Below are positions 1 to 7,769 of a stretch of DNA of 64,000 bases, in pieces (positions within the stretch are counted from its first letter, which is position 1; each line of letters opens with the position of its first letter). This DNA comes from a virus (Duplodnaviria > Caudoviricetes), in the IMG/VR virus record IMGVR_UViG_3300010163_000016, positions 19,772 to 83,771 of that record; one strand, written 5' to 3'. Below the pieces are notes generated by a model. That model did not search any database, was not told the DNA's origin, and saw nothing but the letters and a program-made list of their open reading frames with translations. The position numbers were made by a program, and so were the translations under genes.

Positions 1-12
1 GAAAGGGCGGCG

Positions 13-309
13 CTAAATGAGGTCGTCTAAATTTGGAATATACGGCACACCATATTCCAGCCAGGTGTATGTGTGGGAATAATTGTGCTGTGCATAGTCT
101 TCAAAGCCGTAGCCGACATATCTGGTATCGTGATACCGGTTATAGATCGGCCATTCCGGTATGCGTCTACGGTAGTGGGGCGGACCGGCGGAAATCCTGT
201 GCGTATCACATTCTTCTTGAAATGCCAAAAACGTTTCCACCGAAGGAAAGAAAACCAGACACCTGGAAGACGCCAGGAACGTCTCCCAGTCAAATGGCTG
301 TTTTATCAT
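13..309 (-). CDS. Small hypothetical protein ending PNLDDLI
   Basis: GAGGAGGG RBS before the ATG; tight packing with neighbours; shared C-terminal motif. Confidence 0.75.
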   Translation of the reverse strand: MIKQPFDWETFLASSRCLVFFPSVETFLAFQEECDTHRISAGPPHYRRRIPEWPIYNRYHDTRYVGYGFEDYAQHNYSHTYTWLEYGVPYIPNLDDLI

Positions 310-320
310 CGATTCCCTCC

Positions 321-575
321 TCAGATCAAATCGTCCAGATCAGGCGGCACATCATTGTGAAGAGCGAGCTCTTCCAATTCATAATTCCAGCCGTAACCCT
401 CCTCTACCCGCCCAGCGCAGTCATGTAAACGGGGATGATATTCGTCATGCTGAACAGCATATCGACCATCCCTCAGTACACAGAACACGGTTCCAACCAT
501 CCCTATCTGGTGGGGCATTGTCCCATTCCATTCCTTGTTTGCAACACAGATCACCCGGTCGCCGATTGAAAACAT
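321..575 (-). CDS. Small SH3/KOW-like hypothetical protein ending PPDLDDLI
   Basis: AAAGGGG RBS before ATG 575; 'IGDRVICV..G.VGTV..LHDCAGRVEEGYGW' is paralogous to 1292..1576. Confidence 0.75.
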   Translation of the reverse strand: MFSIGDRVICVANKEWNGTMPHQIGMVGTVFCVLRDGRYAVQHDEYHPRLHDCAGRVEEGYGWNYELEELALHNDVPPDLDDLI

Positions 576-595
576 ACTTATCCCCCTTTCTCGTG

Positions 596-853
596 TCAAA
601 TCAAGCCGGAAACATCCGGCGGGTCATCTTTCTCTGCAAGGCCGGCAAACATATCATCTGTCCACCAATACCCAGCTTCTTCAAGGACATACTTACCGCA
701 GGTTGCTGATCGAATCGTTACGATCTGTCCTTTCCAACGAATCATTGGCTCTACAACCGCATCTCCGATATCACAACCATCCATATAATAGACCTTGCGC
801 AAGACAAGGTCATCCCGCACCAGGACGCGGTCGCCGGGTGCATACTTCGCCAT
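596..853 (-). CDS. Small hypothetical protein (GDRVLVR.DL type) ending PPDVSGLI
   Basis: GGAAAGGAAGG RBS; N-terminus resembles a common phage SH3-like family. Confidence 0.75.
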   Translation of the reverse strand: MAKYAPGDRVLVRDDLVLRKVYYMDGCDIGDAVVEPMIRWKGQIVTIRSATCGKYVLEEAGYWWTDDMFAGLAEKDDPPDVSGLI

Positions 854-869
854 AGGAGCCTTCCTTTCC

Positions 870-1094
870 TTAAATCAAATCATCAACGTTGGGCAGGTCG
901 TTTCTGTTGGGAACCTGGATAATGGTCCACACGCCGTGTTTGATATAGTCGGTGATCTCTTGTTCGGAATAGTTTTCATAGCGTTTTCCGGTTGTCATAC
1001 TGACTAGATAACTGCTGCTGCCGTCTATTACATATTCGTAACGAGGTCTGGAAGAGCCATAGTATTCAATAACGGCACGGCGCGGGATGTTCAT
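870..1094 (-). CDS. Small hypothetical protein ending PNVDDLI
   Basis: ATGA start/stop overlap with the upstream ORF; shared tail. Confidence 0.7.
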   Translation of the reverse strand: MNIPRRAVIEYYGSSRPRYEYVIDGSSSYLVSMTTGKRYENYSEQEITDYIKHGVWTIIQVPNRNDLPNVDDLI

Positions 1095-1267
1095 GGCGCC
1101 AGCTCCTCATCTTCTTGGGACGCCAAGATCCTGCGGATGGCTTTCTGCTGTTTGCTTGTCAATGTTGCGAAATCCAGCTCAAAATCGTCGCAGCCCCTCT
1201 TGGGGTATGGCAATCCGTCGTCGCAATCCCAGGAATATCTATACCGGCAATGCTCGCATACAGTCAC
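1091..1267 (-). CDS. 58-aa Cys-containing hypothetical protein (VTVCEHCRYRYSWDC...), absent from the ORF track
   Basis: GAAAGGAGG RBS, GTG start, TGA overlapping the next ATG; read by hand. Confidence 0.7.
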   Translation of the reverse strand: MTVCEHCRYRYSWDCDDGLPYPKRGCDDFELDFATLTSKQQKAIRRILASQEDEELAP

Positions 1268-1291
1268 GATAGACTCCTCCTTTCCATGTCT

Positions 1292-1576
1292 CTATATCAG
1301 GTCGCTCAGGTCGATCCATGGGATTTCTTCTACAGGGGCGACCATATCGTCATCTACATACCACCCATAGCCCCTCTCGCAGTTGCCGTTGCAGCTATGA
1401 AAATTGGACGTGTCGCATTCCACTTCCCAGCAGACGCCAAAGCGGCTGGGCCCTCCCAGCATTCCCATGCTGTCGACCACGGTGCCACAGATCCCAGTGC
1501 GGAGGACTGGATTACCCTCCGGATAATCCACCAGCAGGCAGACGCGGTCGCCTTTTTTATACTGGAATTCGTCCAT
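1292..1576 (-). CDS. Small SH3/KOW-like hypothetical protein ending IDLSDLI
   Basis: AGAGGAGG RBS; paralog of 321..575. Confidence 0.78.
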   Translation of the reverse strand: MDEFQYKKGDRVCLLVDYPEGNPVLRTGICGTVVDSMGMLGGPSRFGVCWEVECDTSNFHSCNGNCERGYGWYVDDDMVAPVEEIPWIDLSDLI

Positions 1577-1591
1577 GGTTTCCTCCTTCTG

Positions 1592-1912
1592 TTAAATCAA
1601 GTCGTCAACATCAATACCAATGTCGGACCCGATTAGGTGAGCAATTTCGTCATACAGGACTGCTGATGATGGCCGGGCAGCCGAAAATTCAATCCCGTCT
1701 GAAAACGAAGAGCACATGACAGTGGGCCAATGACAGCTTTCTTTTATATCGGCTTCCGGGTCTGCAAGCATCTTTTCAGACCAGCCGGAACCCCCATGGG
1801 GAATTCCATGATCCAGCAAAAATTGAATGACAGTGGCGCGGTCGCTGCCATTATCACAGTAGACGGAGATACGGCCTGCGCAGAACGCATCCAGAAATTC
1901 ATCCAAGCTCAC
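1592..1912 (-). CDS. Small hypothetical protein ending IDVDDLI
   Basis: GGAGG RBS before GTG 1912; shared tail. Confidence 0.7.
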   Translation of the reverse strand: MSLDEFLDAFCAGRISVYCDNGSDRATVIQFLLDHGIPHGGSGWSEKMLADPEADIKESCHWPTVMCSSFSDGIEFSAARPSSAVLYDEIAHLIGSDIGIDVDDLI

Positions 1913-2414
1913 GGCAATACGCCTCCCTCTCCTCCTCACTTTCCTCTACCACCCAGATGGGGATTGCCGTCAAACCGAGACGTTTGGCAGCCACATAGGC
2001 GCTGTAGCCGTCCGTCAGCGTATGCCAGAGCTTGGTGACCTCAATTCGGGTTTGAAAGCTCCCACACAGCGCATATTCCTGCTCGCGGGTTCGGATCTTC
2101 CTTCGGCTGGGCGGCGTCATGAGGAATTTTGCCGGCACATCGATGGAACGGGGATTTGCCCAAGCGTGTACCGCCGTCACCGGCCGGAGAGCTCCTGTCG
2201 CCCCAGTGCGGTCTGTCATTTCCTTTACCTTCTCCGGGTCGCAGGAGGCTTGGCCGACTGCGATGGCAAGAGCTTTTCCCTGGCAGGTATCCACCTCCAG
2301 TCTCGTCCCCGGGACAATCATGAAGGCGAGGCTGGCGGGGACGGCAAAACAATAGGTTTTCTTGGCGCGGGGGTGGTGCTTGACCTCCACCACATAGGGG
2401 TATGTCGCGTTCAT
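1899..2414 (-). CDS. Hypothetical phage protein
   Basis: AAGGAGG RBS before ATG 2414; overlaps neighbours. Confidence 0.7.
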   Translation of the reverse strand: MNATYPYVVEVKHHPRAKKTYCFAVPASLAFMIVPGTRLEVDTCQGKALAIAVGQASCDPEKVKEMTDRTGATGALRPVTAVHAWANPRSIDVPAKFLMTPPSRRKIRTREQEYALCGSFQTRIEVTKLWHTLTDGYSAYVAAKRLGLTAIPIWVVEESEEEREAYCRELG

Positions 2415-2626
2415 GACGTTTCCTCCTTGATTTTTCGTTTGACCGCACGCGCCTCCCTGGCGGGCGGCGGCATGGGCATCCATGCCTTGACAGGCACATG
2501 GGTGGCGAATTTCCCTTTATAGTACCGGGAAGAGGTCACGCGGTCCGTCTCTGTTGTGATGATGATTTCCGCGTATTCCTCCGGCGGGTCGGTTTTGGGA
2601 TCCCGCCAGGGCGGGGTGAATGACAT
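2411..2626 (-). CDS. DUF551-like small phage protein
   Basis: 'W..PKTDPPE...II.T...V....Y....F...V.AWMPMP.P' pattern; AAGGAG RBS. Confidence 0.6.
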   Translation of the reverse strand: MSFTPPWRDPKTDPPEEYAEIIITTETDRVTSSRYYKGKFATHVPVKAWMPMPPPAREARAVKRKIKEETS

Positions 2627-2782
2627 GGGGGTACTCCTTTCGTGGGGATTTTTAATGGTGTCGGTGGCGGGGATTGAACCCGCTTGCCTGATGTGGAAGG
2701 CAGGAACAAATTCCAGATTAACATTTTTGAGAAAATGGTCAGAGATTACATCAGGGCACCGACAGATATGGACCATTTTCTC

Positions 2783-2995
2783 TTACAATGCACTTTTCAT
2801 ATGCAGTCCTTCATACGTCATGATTTTCTGCAAAGCTTCTTTCATATCCTCATAGCAATAATAACTGGCGTGGGAGGCAGCATTGTCAGGCGTGTTTTGA
2901 TTGGTTTGGGCCACGACAAAGGGGTGTTTTGCTCCCCGGTCCAGCAGAAGAGAAATTTTTCTGCCAAGACTTTCCCCTTCGCACACAAGTATCAT
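2783..2995 (-). CDS. Hypothetical protein
   Basis: AAGGGG RBS; ATGA coupling with the upstream ORF. Confidence 0.55.
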   Translation of the reverse strand: MILVCEGESLGRKISLLLDRGAKHPFVVAQTNQNTPDNAASHASYYCYEDMKEALQKIMTYEGLHMKSAL

Positions 2996-3282
2996 GGATG
3001 CGCCCCCTTCCGGACAGCGTAATACTGATCCCCGATCTCATCGTAGTAGTAGGTATAGTATTTGCTGAATTCTTCGTCGTTTGTCCGCACCACCTGGTAG
3101 AAGGTATTGGGCTCTGTATGCTCCATATCCTCCGCTTCCTGTTGCGTCAGCAGGAAACAGTAGCCCATTTCCGTATTCCGGACGTACTCCGCACTGTCAT
3201 GCGCGCACTCATACTCAAACCAGGTTCCCTTTTTCACAGCTTCGCTGAACGTATCATGGATCTCTTTTGCAGTCATGCCCAC
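2992..3282 (-). CDS. Hypothetical protein
   Basis: AAGGAGG RBS 8 nt before GTG 3282. Confidence 0.6.
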   Translation of the reverse strand: MGMTAKEIHDTFSEAVKKGTWFEYECAHDSAEYVRNTEMGYCFLLTQQEAEDMEHTEPNTFYQVVRTNDEEFSKYYTYYYDEIGDQYYAVRKGAHP

Positions 3283-3473
3283 TTGATATACCTCCTTGTT
3301 GTTCTGCGGCTGCGGCGGAGCTTCTGCCGGGTCAGCCGGATCAATGTCGTAATGCCGCACAGAATAAGGCCGGCAGCCAGCCAAAGGACAAACAGCGCCG
3401 TGACGAAGACGACTAAATTCGCAGTGGGGCCGAATACCAGCACCGCGTCAAAAGCTCTTAACAGCAGCTCCAT
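3273..3473 (-). CDS. Small membrane protein (hydrophobic stretch plus basic tail)
   Basis: 'LVVFVTALFVLWLAAGLILCGITTLIRL' followed by an Arg-rich C-terminus. Confidence 0.5.
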   Translation of the reverse strand: MELLLRAFDAVLVFGPTANLVVFVTALFVLWLAAGLILCGITTLIRLTRQKLRRSRRTTRRYIKWA

Positions 3474-3474
3474 A

Positions 3475-4026
3475 CTACGCCCCCAGGAGCGCAAGCTCCA
3501 TATCCTGCGCAGCCATCCGGAGCGCAGTTTCTGCATTCACCGGCCTGCGGCGGTCGGCTATCACACGGGCGTCGCGGTATGTATGTTCCAGGTGGCCGGC
3601 GTATTCCATTGGGAATTCCCCAGCGGGCAGCCCCACCCGGTCTTTCAGCACCAGCACCTCGCGGACAGGGTCCTCGCGCAGATCACCGCCGCCCAGAAGC
3701 ATGGCGAACACCTTTCTGTCCTCCTGCTCGGCGGAAGTCAGGGGCCGCTCCGGCAGGCTCAGGAATTCCCTCATGGGATAAACCTTCCCGCAGTGGCGGC
3801 AGGCGGCCTTTGCCCCTCCCCAGGTCGTGGTGAAGGTCCAGCCGCCGCAGGCGCACCGTCTCATTCCCGTGCGGGTGTTCTTATCACCCAGTTTATCCGC
3901 AATATGGACGTGTATCCGCTGCGGTTTCTTTGTGTGGTTCCCGCTGTAGAAGCCTCCCTTTCCCTGCTCGGTGATGGCCTGCATTTCCTGGCTGATGGCA
4001 TAGCAGTGGACGCCGTGTTTGCTCAT
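3475..4026 (-). CDS. Hypothetical protein with CxC/CxxC zinc-ribbon-like motif
   Basis: AGGAG RBS; 'RRCACGG...ACRHCGK'. Confidence 0.65.
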   Translation of the reverse strand: MSKHGVHCYAISQEMQAITEQGKGGFYSGNHTKKPQRIHVHIADKLGDKNTRTGMRRCACGGWTFTTTWGGAKAACRHCGKVYPMREFLSLPERPLTSAEQEDRKVFAMLLGGGDLREDPVREVLVLKDRVGLPAGEFPMEYAGHLEHTYRDARVIADRRRPVNAETALRMAAQDMELALLGA

Positions 4027-4081
4027 GATGTTCTCCTCCTTATCCTGTTTTCCATTTTCTCAAGCGTCCAAAAGGGCGCAA

Positions 4082-4116
4082 AAATGCCCGCCAGCTTGCT
4101 GGGCTGGCGGGCATTT
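4082..4116. terminator. Strong hairpin, probable intrinsic terminator (best U-tract on minus strand)
   Basis: AAATGCCCGCCAGC-loop-GCTGGCGGGCATTT. Confidence 0.7.
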
Positions 4117-4222
4117 CTCTGCTCTTTTGTGATTTTGGCGCAGACTATCCCTGTGAAAAATCAATTTTCCAAATGATTTCACTGGATAGGGCGCGAAGAT
4201 TGCCCCACAGGCGCGGCTTTCC

Positions 4223-4251
4223 TTGACTGCTTAACCAAGACGTGTTATCCT
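4223..4251 (+). promoter_or_regulatory. Sigma-A promoter for the toxin-like peptide
   Basis: TTGACT-17-TATCCT with extended TG. Confidence 0.6.
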
Positions 4252-4336
4252 ATCGGTGTTCTTAACTTACCCCTGGAGGAACGAAGCGGACGCTTGACAG
4301 CTGAGCTGAAACTTCGGCCCAGAAAGGGGGACACCT

Positions 4337-4444
4337 GTGGAAACTATCTTGCTTTCCATCACCTGCAGCTTAATCGCTGGGGTCATCTTGGAGCTCGGTA
4401 AATTTGTCATTCGGCATTTCTGCCACTTCCGGAGAGTCCGTTAA
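4337..4444 (+). CDS. Putative type I toxin-like membrane peptide, 35 aa (METILLSITCSLIAGVILELGKFVIRHFCHFRRVR)
   Basis: AGAAAGGGGG RBS, GTG start, one hydrophobic helix and a basic tail as in Fst/Ldr-type toxins; downstream hairpin at about 4447-4490. Confidence 0.55.
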   Translation: METILLSITCSLIAGVILELGKFVIRHFCHFRRVR

Positions 4445-4574
4445 GAAAGCGCCGGGTCGCGTCACCAGATACCGTGACGGGCCCGGTTTGCGCATGTGGG
4501 GCATGGTATGAAAAGGGTTTTCCCTTGACATTGATGTTGGAGAGGGGCGCCGCTCATGCAGCACCCCCTCTCCG

Positions 4575-4603
4575 TTGACATTTCCTTCACAGACTGGTAA
4601 GAT
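4575..4603 (+). promoter_or_regulatory. Near-consensus sigma-A promoter
   Basis: TTGACA-17-TAAGAT. Confidence 0.7.
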
Positions 4604-4924
4604 GGATTTGCCCAACTGGGGCGGGAAAGGAGACTGTCATTTGAAACAGTTTTTGAACTCGCCTGTCTCTGAAGTAATGCCGATGCGTGGGCGAACACAG
4701 CCTTGACGCTGTGACGCGGGACCTGACCGCTGAAGTGATGGCTCCTTGGGTAAGAGAGAACGCTCACATCACGTTCATGTTGATGGCGGGGAAAGCGTGC
4801 ATATGCCAGTTGCTCAATTCCGGGCTGACGCCCAACCGGAATAAAAGGAGTCCTATTTTGTGAGCAGCGGAATAGGCGTCGCCATCTTCATTGCGCCAAG
4901 GATCAGGGAAAACAAGCCAGGGAG

Positions 4925-4957
4925 AAAGCGCCGGTTGATGTGGCCGGCGTTTTCTTT
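4925..4957 (+). terminator. Intrinsic terminator
   Basis: GCGCCGG-loop-CCGGCGT followed by TTTTCTTT. Confidence 0.6.
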
Positions 4958-4991
4958 ATGCCACGCCGTGCCCAGTATGTATTGTGGACAC

Positions 4992-5020
4992 AAAAGGCCC
5001 CCGATTAGTTCGGGGGCCTT
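4992..5020 (-). terminator. Intrinsic terminator downstream of the repressor gene
   Basis: AAGGCCCCCGA-loop-TCGGGGGCCTT with a U-tract on the minus strand. Confidence 0.65.
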
Positions 5021-5037
5021 AGTCTATCCAAAATAGT

Positions 5038-5970
5038 TTACTTTTCACCAATAATTTGCAGGTATGCGTCGTACAAAAGCATATTGTCCTTATGATTTCG
5101 CTTTGATTTTCCCAGGCAGAGGCGGACCTTGTCAGCGTTCTTCACAGCACGAACATCTACACCGGCCTGGTCCATTTGATGGAGACGATAGAAATTTCCG
5201 GATCGCTGGACGTTGGTATAATTGATAACTTTGCTGTTTGGTAATTGCTCGTGGAGCTTGTCATTAAAAATTGTGATCCAGGCTCGCATGGATTTTGTAG
5301 AAATAGGCTGTCCTACTTTTTTGCTGTCCTTGTCTACCATGCGCTTGATAAAAAACCCCAAATCATCCGCATACACTGGATAAGTCTGGTTTTTCGTTCG
5401 CTCGGAAGTTTTTATGGTACTGTATTCCTGGAGCAATTTCCGAATGCAATCGGGCATATCTGGCGCTATGACAGAGCCATTTGCACTATAGATTTTCCCT
5501 GCCTTGACATCTACACACTCCGTCGGCAGGCGGATAGCGTCATCCAAATCTACACCAAGCCACGCCATACACAGAGCTGGTATAACTGACTGGGCAGTTT
5601 CCACATGATAAACAACGGCAATGTTCTGCAGAAGTTCCTCAGGGGTTTTGATGATCGTTGGCGCAAAGTATTTCGCGTACGGGAACATATTTACTTTATA
5701 TTCCCGGATGTGATGGCCGGAGAGATTGTGCAGAATGCAGTACCAGTCGGCATAGGAAGCCACTAATCCCAATCTAGTGCGAACTACATCAGGCTCCATA
5801 AATCCAAGCAGTTCAAAAAATTGTTGCAGTTCGTTCACAGAAAAACATGCAAGGTCGTGGCAGACTGATTTCTCAATAGTCTCAGACGCTAGAAACAGTC
5901 CTATTACTCTGCTGACAACACTATTCGAGCATTCCGTTAGATACTTTTCCTTGATTTCCGCATTGAACAT
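5038..5970 (-). CDS. MrpR/YopR-like phage master repressor (degenerate tyrosine-recombinase fold)
   Basis: 'MFNAEIKEKYL...E....DLACFS..EL' N-terminus and 'YTNVQRSG' in place of HxLR; SPbeta-like context. Confidence 0.65.
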   Translation of the reverse strand: MFNAEIKEKYLTECSNSVVSRVIGLFLASETIEKSVCHDLACFSVNELQQFFELLGFMEPDVVRTRLGLVASYADWYCILHNLSGHHIREYKVNMFPYAKYFAPTIIKTPEELLQNIAVVYHVETAQSVIPALCMAWLGVDLDDAIRLPTECVDVKAGKIYSANGSVIAPDMPDCIRKLLQEYSTIKTSERTKNQTYPVYADDLGFFIKRMVDKDSKKVGQPISTKSMRAWITIFNDKLHEQLPNSKVINYTNVQRSGNFYRLHQMDQAGVDVRAVKNADKVRLCLGKSKRNHKDNMLLYDAYLQIIGEK

Positions 5971-6099
5971 AGAGCACCCCCGCTGATACATACTCTACGC
6001 CTATTTTACTTTTTGCGGTTGCAAAAGTCAAGTTTTGGCGTATGTATTTGCGGGAGGGCTAGTTAGTAGTATGAGCGGGGGGGCGATGTGCGGGCGCAG

Positions 6100-6134
6100 A
6101 AAACCCCGCTGTGTTATAGAGCACAGCGGGGTTA
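6100..6134 (-). terminator. Terminator of the TA operon
   Basis: AACCCCGCTGTG-loop-CACAGCGGGGTT. Confidence 0.65.
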
Positions 6135-6138
6135 TTAC

Positions 6139-6417
6139 TCACTTTCCGAACAAATCTGCATGGGTGCCTGTTCTGGATGCAACCAAGATTAGTTTTTCGC
6201 CGTCGATTGCATAAATCAACAACCAATCAGGCAAGATGTGACATTCACGAAATCCGACATAATCCCCTGTTAGGGCATGATCCCTGTGTTTACCGGCAAG
6301 TTGCTTTCCTGAACAGAGATCGTCTAACACAGATTGCAACAGAGCAAGATCATAACCGCGTTTCTTAATAAGCTTATAATCCTTGCGGAATCTTCCGGTT
6401 TCAACAAGAGTCAACAC
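6139..6417 (-). CDS. yafQ: YafQ-family (RelE superfamily) mRNA interferase toxin
   Basis: 'F.KDYKL..KRG...','HRDHALTGDYVGFRECHILPDWLLIY...L.L..RTGTH.DLF'. Confidence 0.9.
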   Translation of the reverse strand: MLTLVETGRFRKDYKLIKKRGYDLALLQSVLDDLCSGKQLAGKHRDHALTGDYVGFRECHILPDWLLIYAIDGEKLILVASRTGTHADLFGK

Positions 6418-6710
6418 GGTTCATCCTCCGTTTCTGCGTCCAATTCCGCAAAAAGCTCACTGGCAGAATGATACTGCTTCGCAGGTAATTTTCCACTCAT
6501 GATTTGCCTTGCCTCTTGAATGGCGGCTTCTGTTTCTGCATTATAACGCGGATATTTAACATCAAACGGCAGACCGCCCTCCATCAAGGATTTTCGCAAA
6601 AAAATTGTAATGGCATCACTAATCGTAATGCCAAAGCTCGCAAAAAGCTTTTCTGCACCGAGTTTCGTTTCTGCGTCAATGCGCACATTGATACTAGCAG
6701 ATTTTGCCAT
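6411..6710 (-). CDS. dinJ: RelB/DinJ-family antitoxin
   Basis: 'INVRID.ETK..AE.LF..FG...SDAI..FL......GGLPF...PRYN.ET..AI.E'; overlaps the toxin gene. Confidence 0.88.
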   Translation of the reverse strand: MAKSASINVRIDAETKLGAEKLFASFGITISDAITIFLRKSLMEGGLPFDVKYPRYNAETEAAIQEARQIMSGKLPAKQYHSASELFAELDAETEDEPC

Positions 6711-6743
6711 AGTGGTTCACCTCCCTTGTCTATGCTTTGTTAT

Positions 6744-6773
6744 AGTATATCACATTTGTAATGATATTGTCAA
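6744..6773 (-). promoter_or_regulatory. Sigma-A promoter of the TA operon
   Basis: TTGACA-18-TATACT with extended TG. Confidence 0.65.
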
Positions 6774-6825
6774 CACAACGCAAGACAAACAGATGATAAT
6801 ATGGGCTAAGGGTTCTCTCGTACCA

Positions 6826-7740
6826 TTACGCTACGGTTTCCTCGCTGGCGGGCTCCTCAGCTATCACGGTCACTTCCCCGCCTTCGGCGGTCTCAATATA
6901 TTCCTGAGGCTGGGTGCCACCCACTGTCGGATTCTGCTGGCCGGACTTGTCCTTTTCCTGGGTGTTCTGGAACGCATATGCCAAGGAGTGCCGCCGGGTG
7001 TAGATCGCGCGGAACAGGAATTCCTCCATGCTGGCGGCGTTGCGGACGGCGAACTGTCCCGCCTCATCGGTAGTGGACTTCTTCGCAGAGATGAGCGCAG
7101 ATGCAAAATACCGCACATCGGGTTTCAGCATTTTTGGGGCCACCTCGTCAGGGAGAATAGCCGTAACAACTTCATTTAGCAGGGCTACCAGTTTCGTCAT
7201 GGACACACTGCCTCCACGGTCAGGCTGCCAGATGGCACCCATCTTCTTCCGCTGTTCTAAAAGCTTCGCAGACATGGCATTACGGACCACGTACTGACGC
7301 CCGGCAGCATCCGCACGGTTCACCACTACGTACTCGCAGAAAACGCGAAGCATCGTAGCCCAATTTTCCATACGGGCCAGATGCCCATTAGAATCGGAGG
7401 CATCATGAAACGCCTTATCCATGGCGGCAAAGCTCACGCGCTTTGTAGCAGCGTTCTCGTCATCCGGGGTCCGCAGGGAATATTTACCGGTTTCTTTGTC
7501 CTGGTCCAGCCTGTACACTAGAACAAACTGATGATCGATGTATTCCGGCCACATAGCGGCGGGATCCATGTTTAACAGCTCCTCAATACGCTCCTGCGAG
7601 ATCTGATCGTTGACCGCTTCTACAGCCTTCTTTACGTTCTCCAGTTCAACGCTGGAATCAGCTCCCGCCTTAACGGCGGCGTTCAGTACCTTTACGGCCT
7701 CCTGCATGGTTAACACTTTCTTCTCCATAACGCTACTCAT
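6826..7740 (-). CDS. Hypothetical protein, first gene after the structured leader
   Basis: GGAGGT RBS before ATG 7740; 304 aa. Confidence 0.75.
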   Translation of the reverse strand: MSSVMEKKVLTMQEAVKVLNAAVKAGADSSVELENVKKAVEAVNDQISQERIEELLNMDPAAMWPEYIDHQFVLVYRLDQDKETGKYSLRTPDDENAATKRVSFAAMDKAFHDASDSNGHLARMENWATMLRVFCEYVVVNRADAAGRQYVVRNAMSAKLLEQRKKMGAIWQPDRGGSVSMTKLVALLNEVVTAILPDEVAPKMLKPDVRYFASALISAKKSTTDEAGQFAVRNAASMEEFLFRAIYTRRHSLAYAFQNTQEKDKSGQQNPTVGGTQPQEYIETAEGGEVTVIAEEPASEETVA

Positions 7741-7769
7741 AATAGTTACCTCCAAATTCTCAAAAATAT

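Noticed and set aside
13-1912. DNA-level cassette repeat (integron- or attC-like) at the gene ends
   Set aside because: Codons and stop codons differ between copies; the similarity is at the amino-acid level only.
2929-4176. 415-aa plus-strand ORF, and other plus-strand ORFs over the left cluster
   Set aside because: Antisense to well-punctuated minus-strand genes that have RBSs and coupled start/stop codons.
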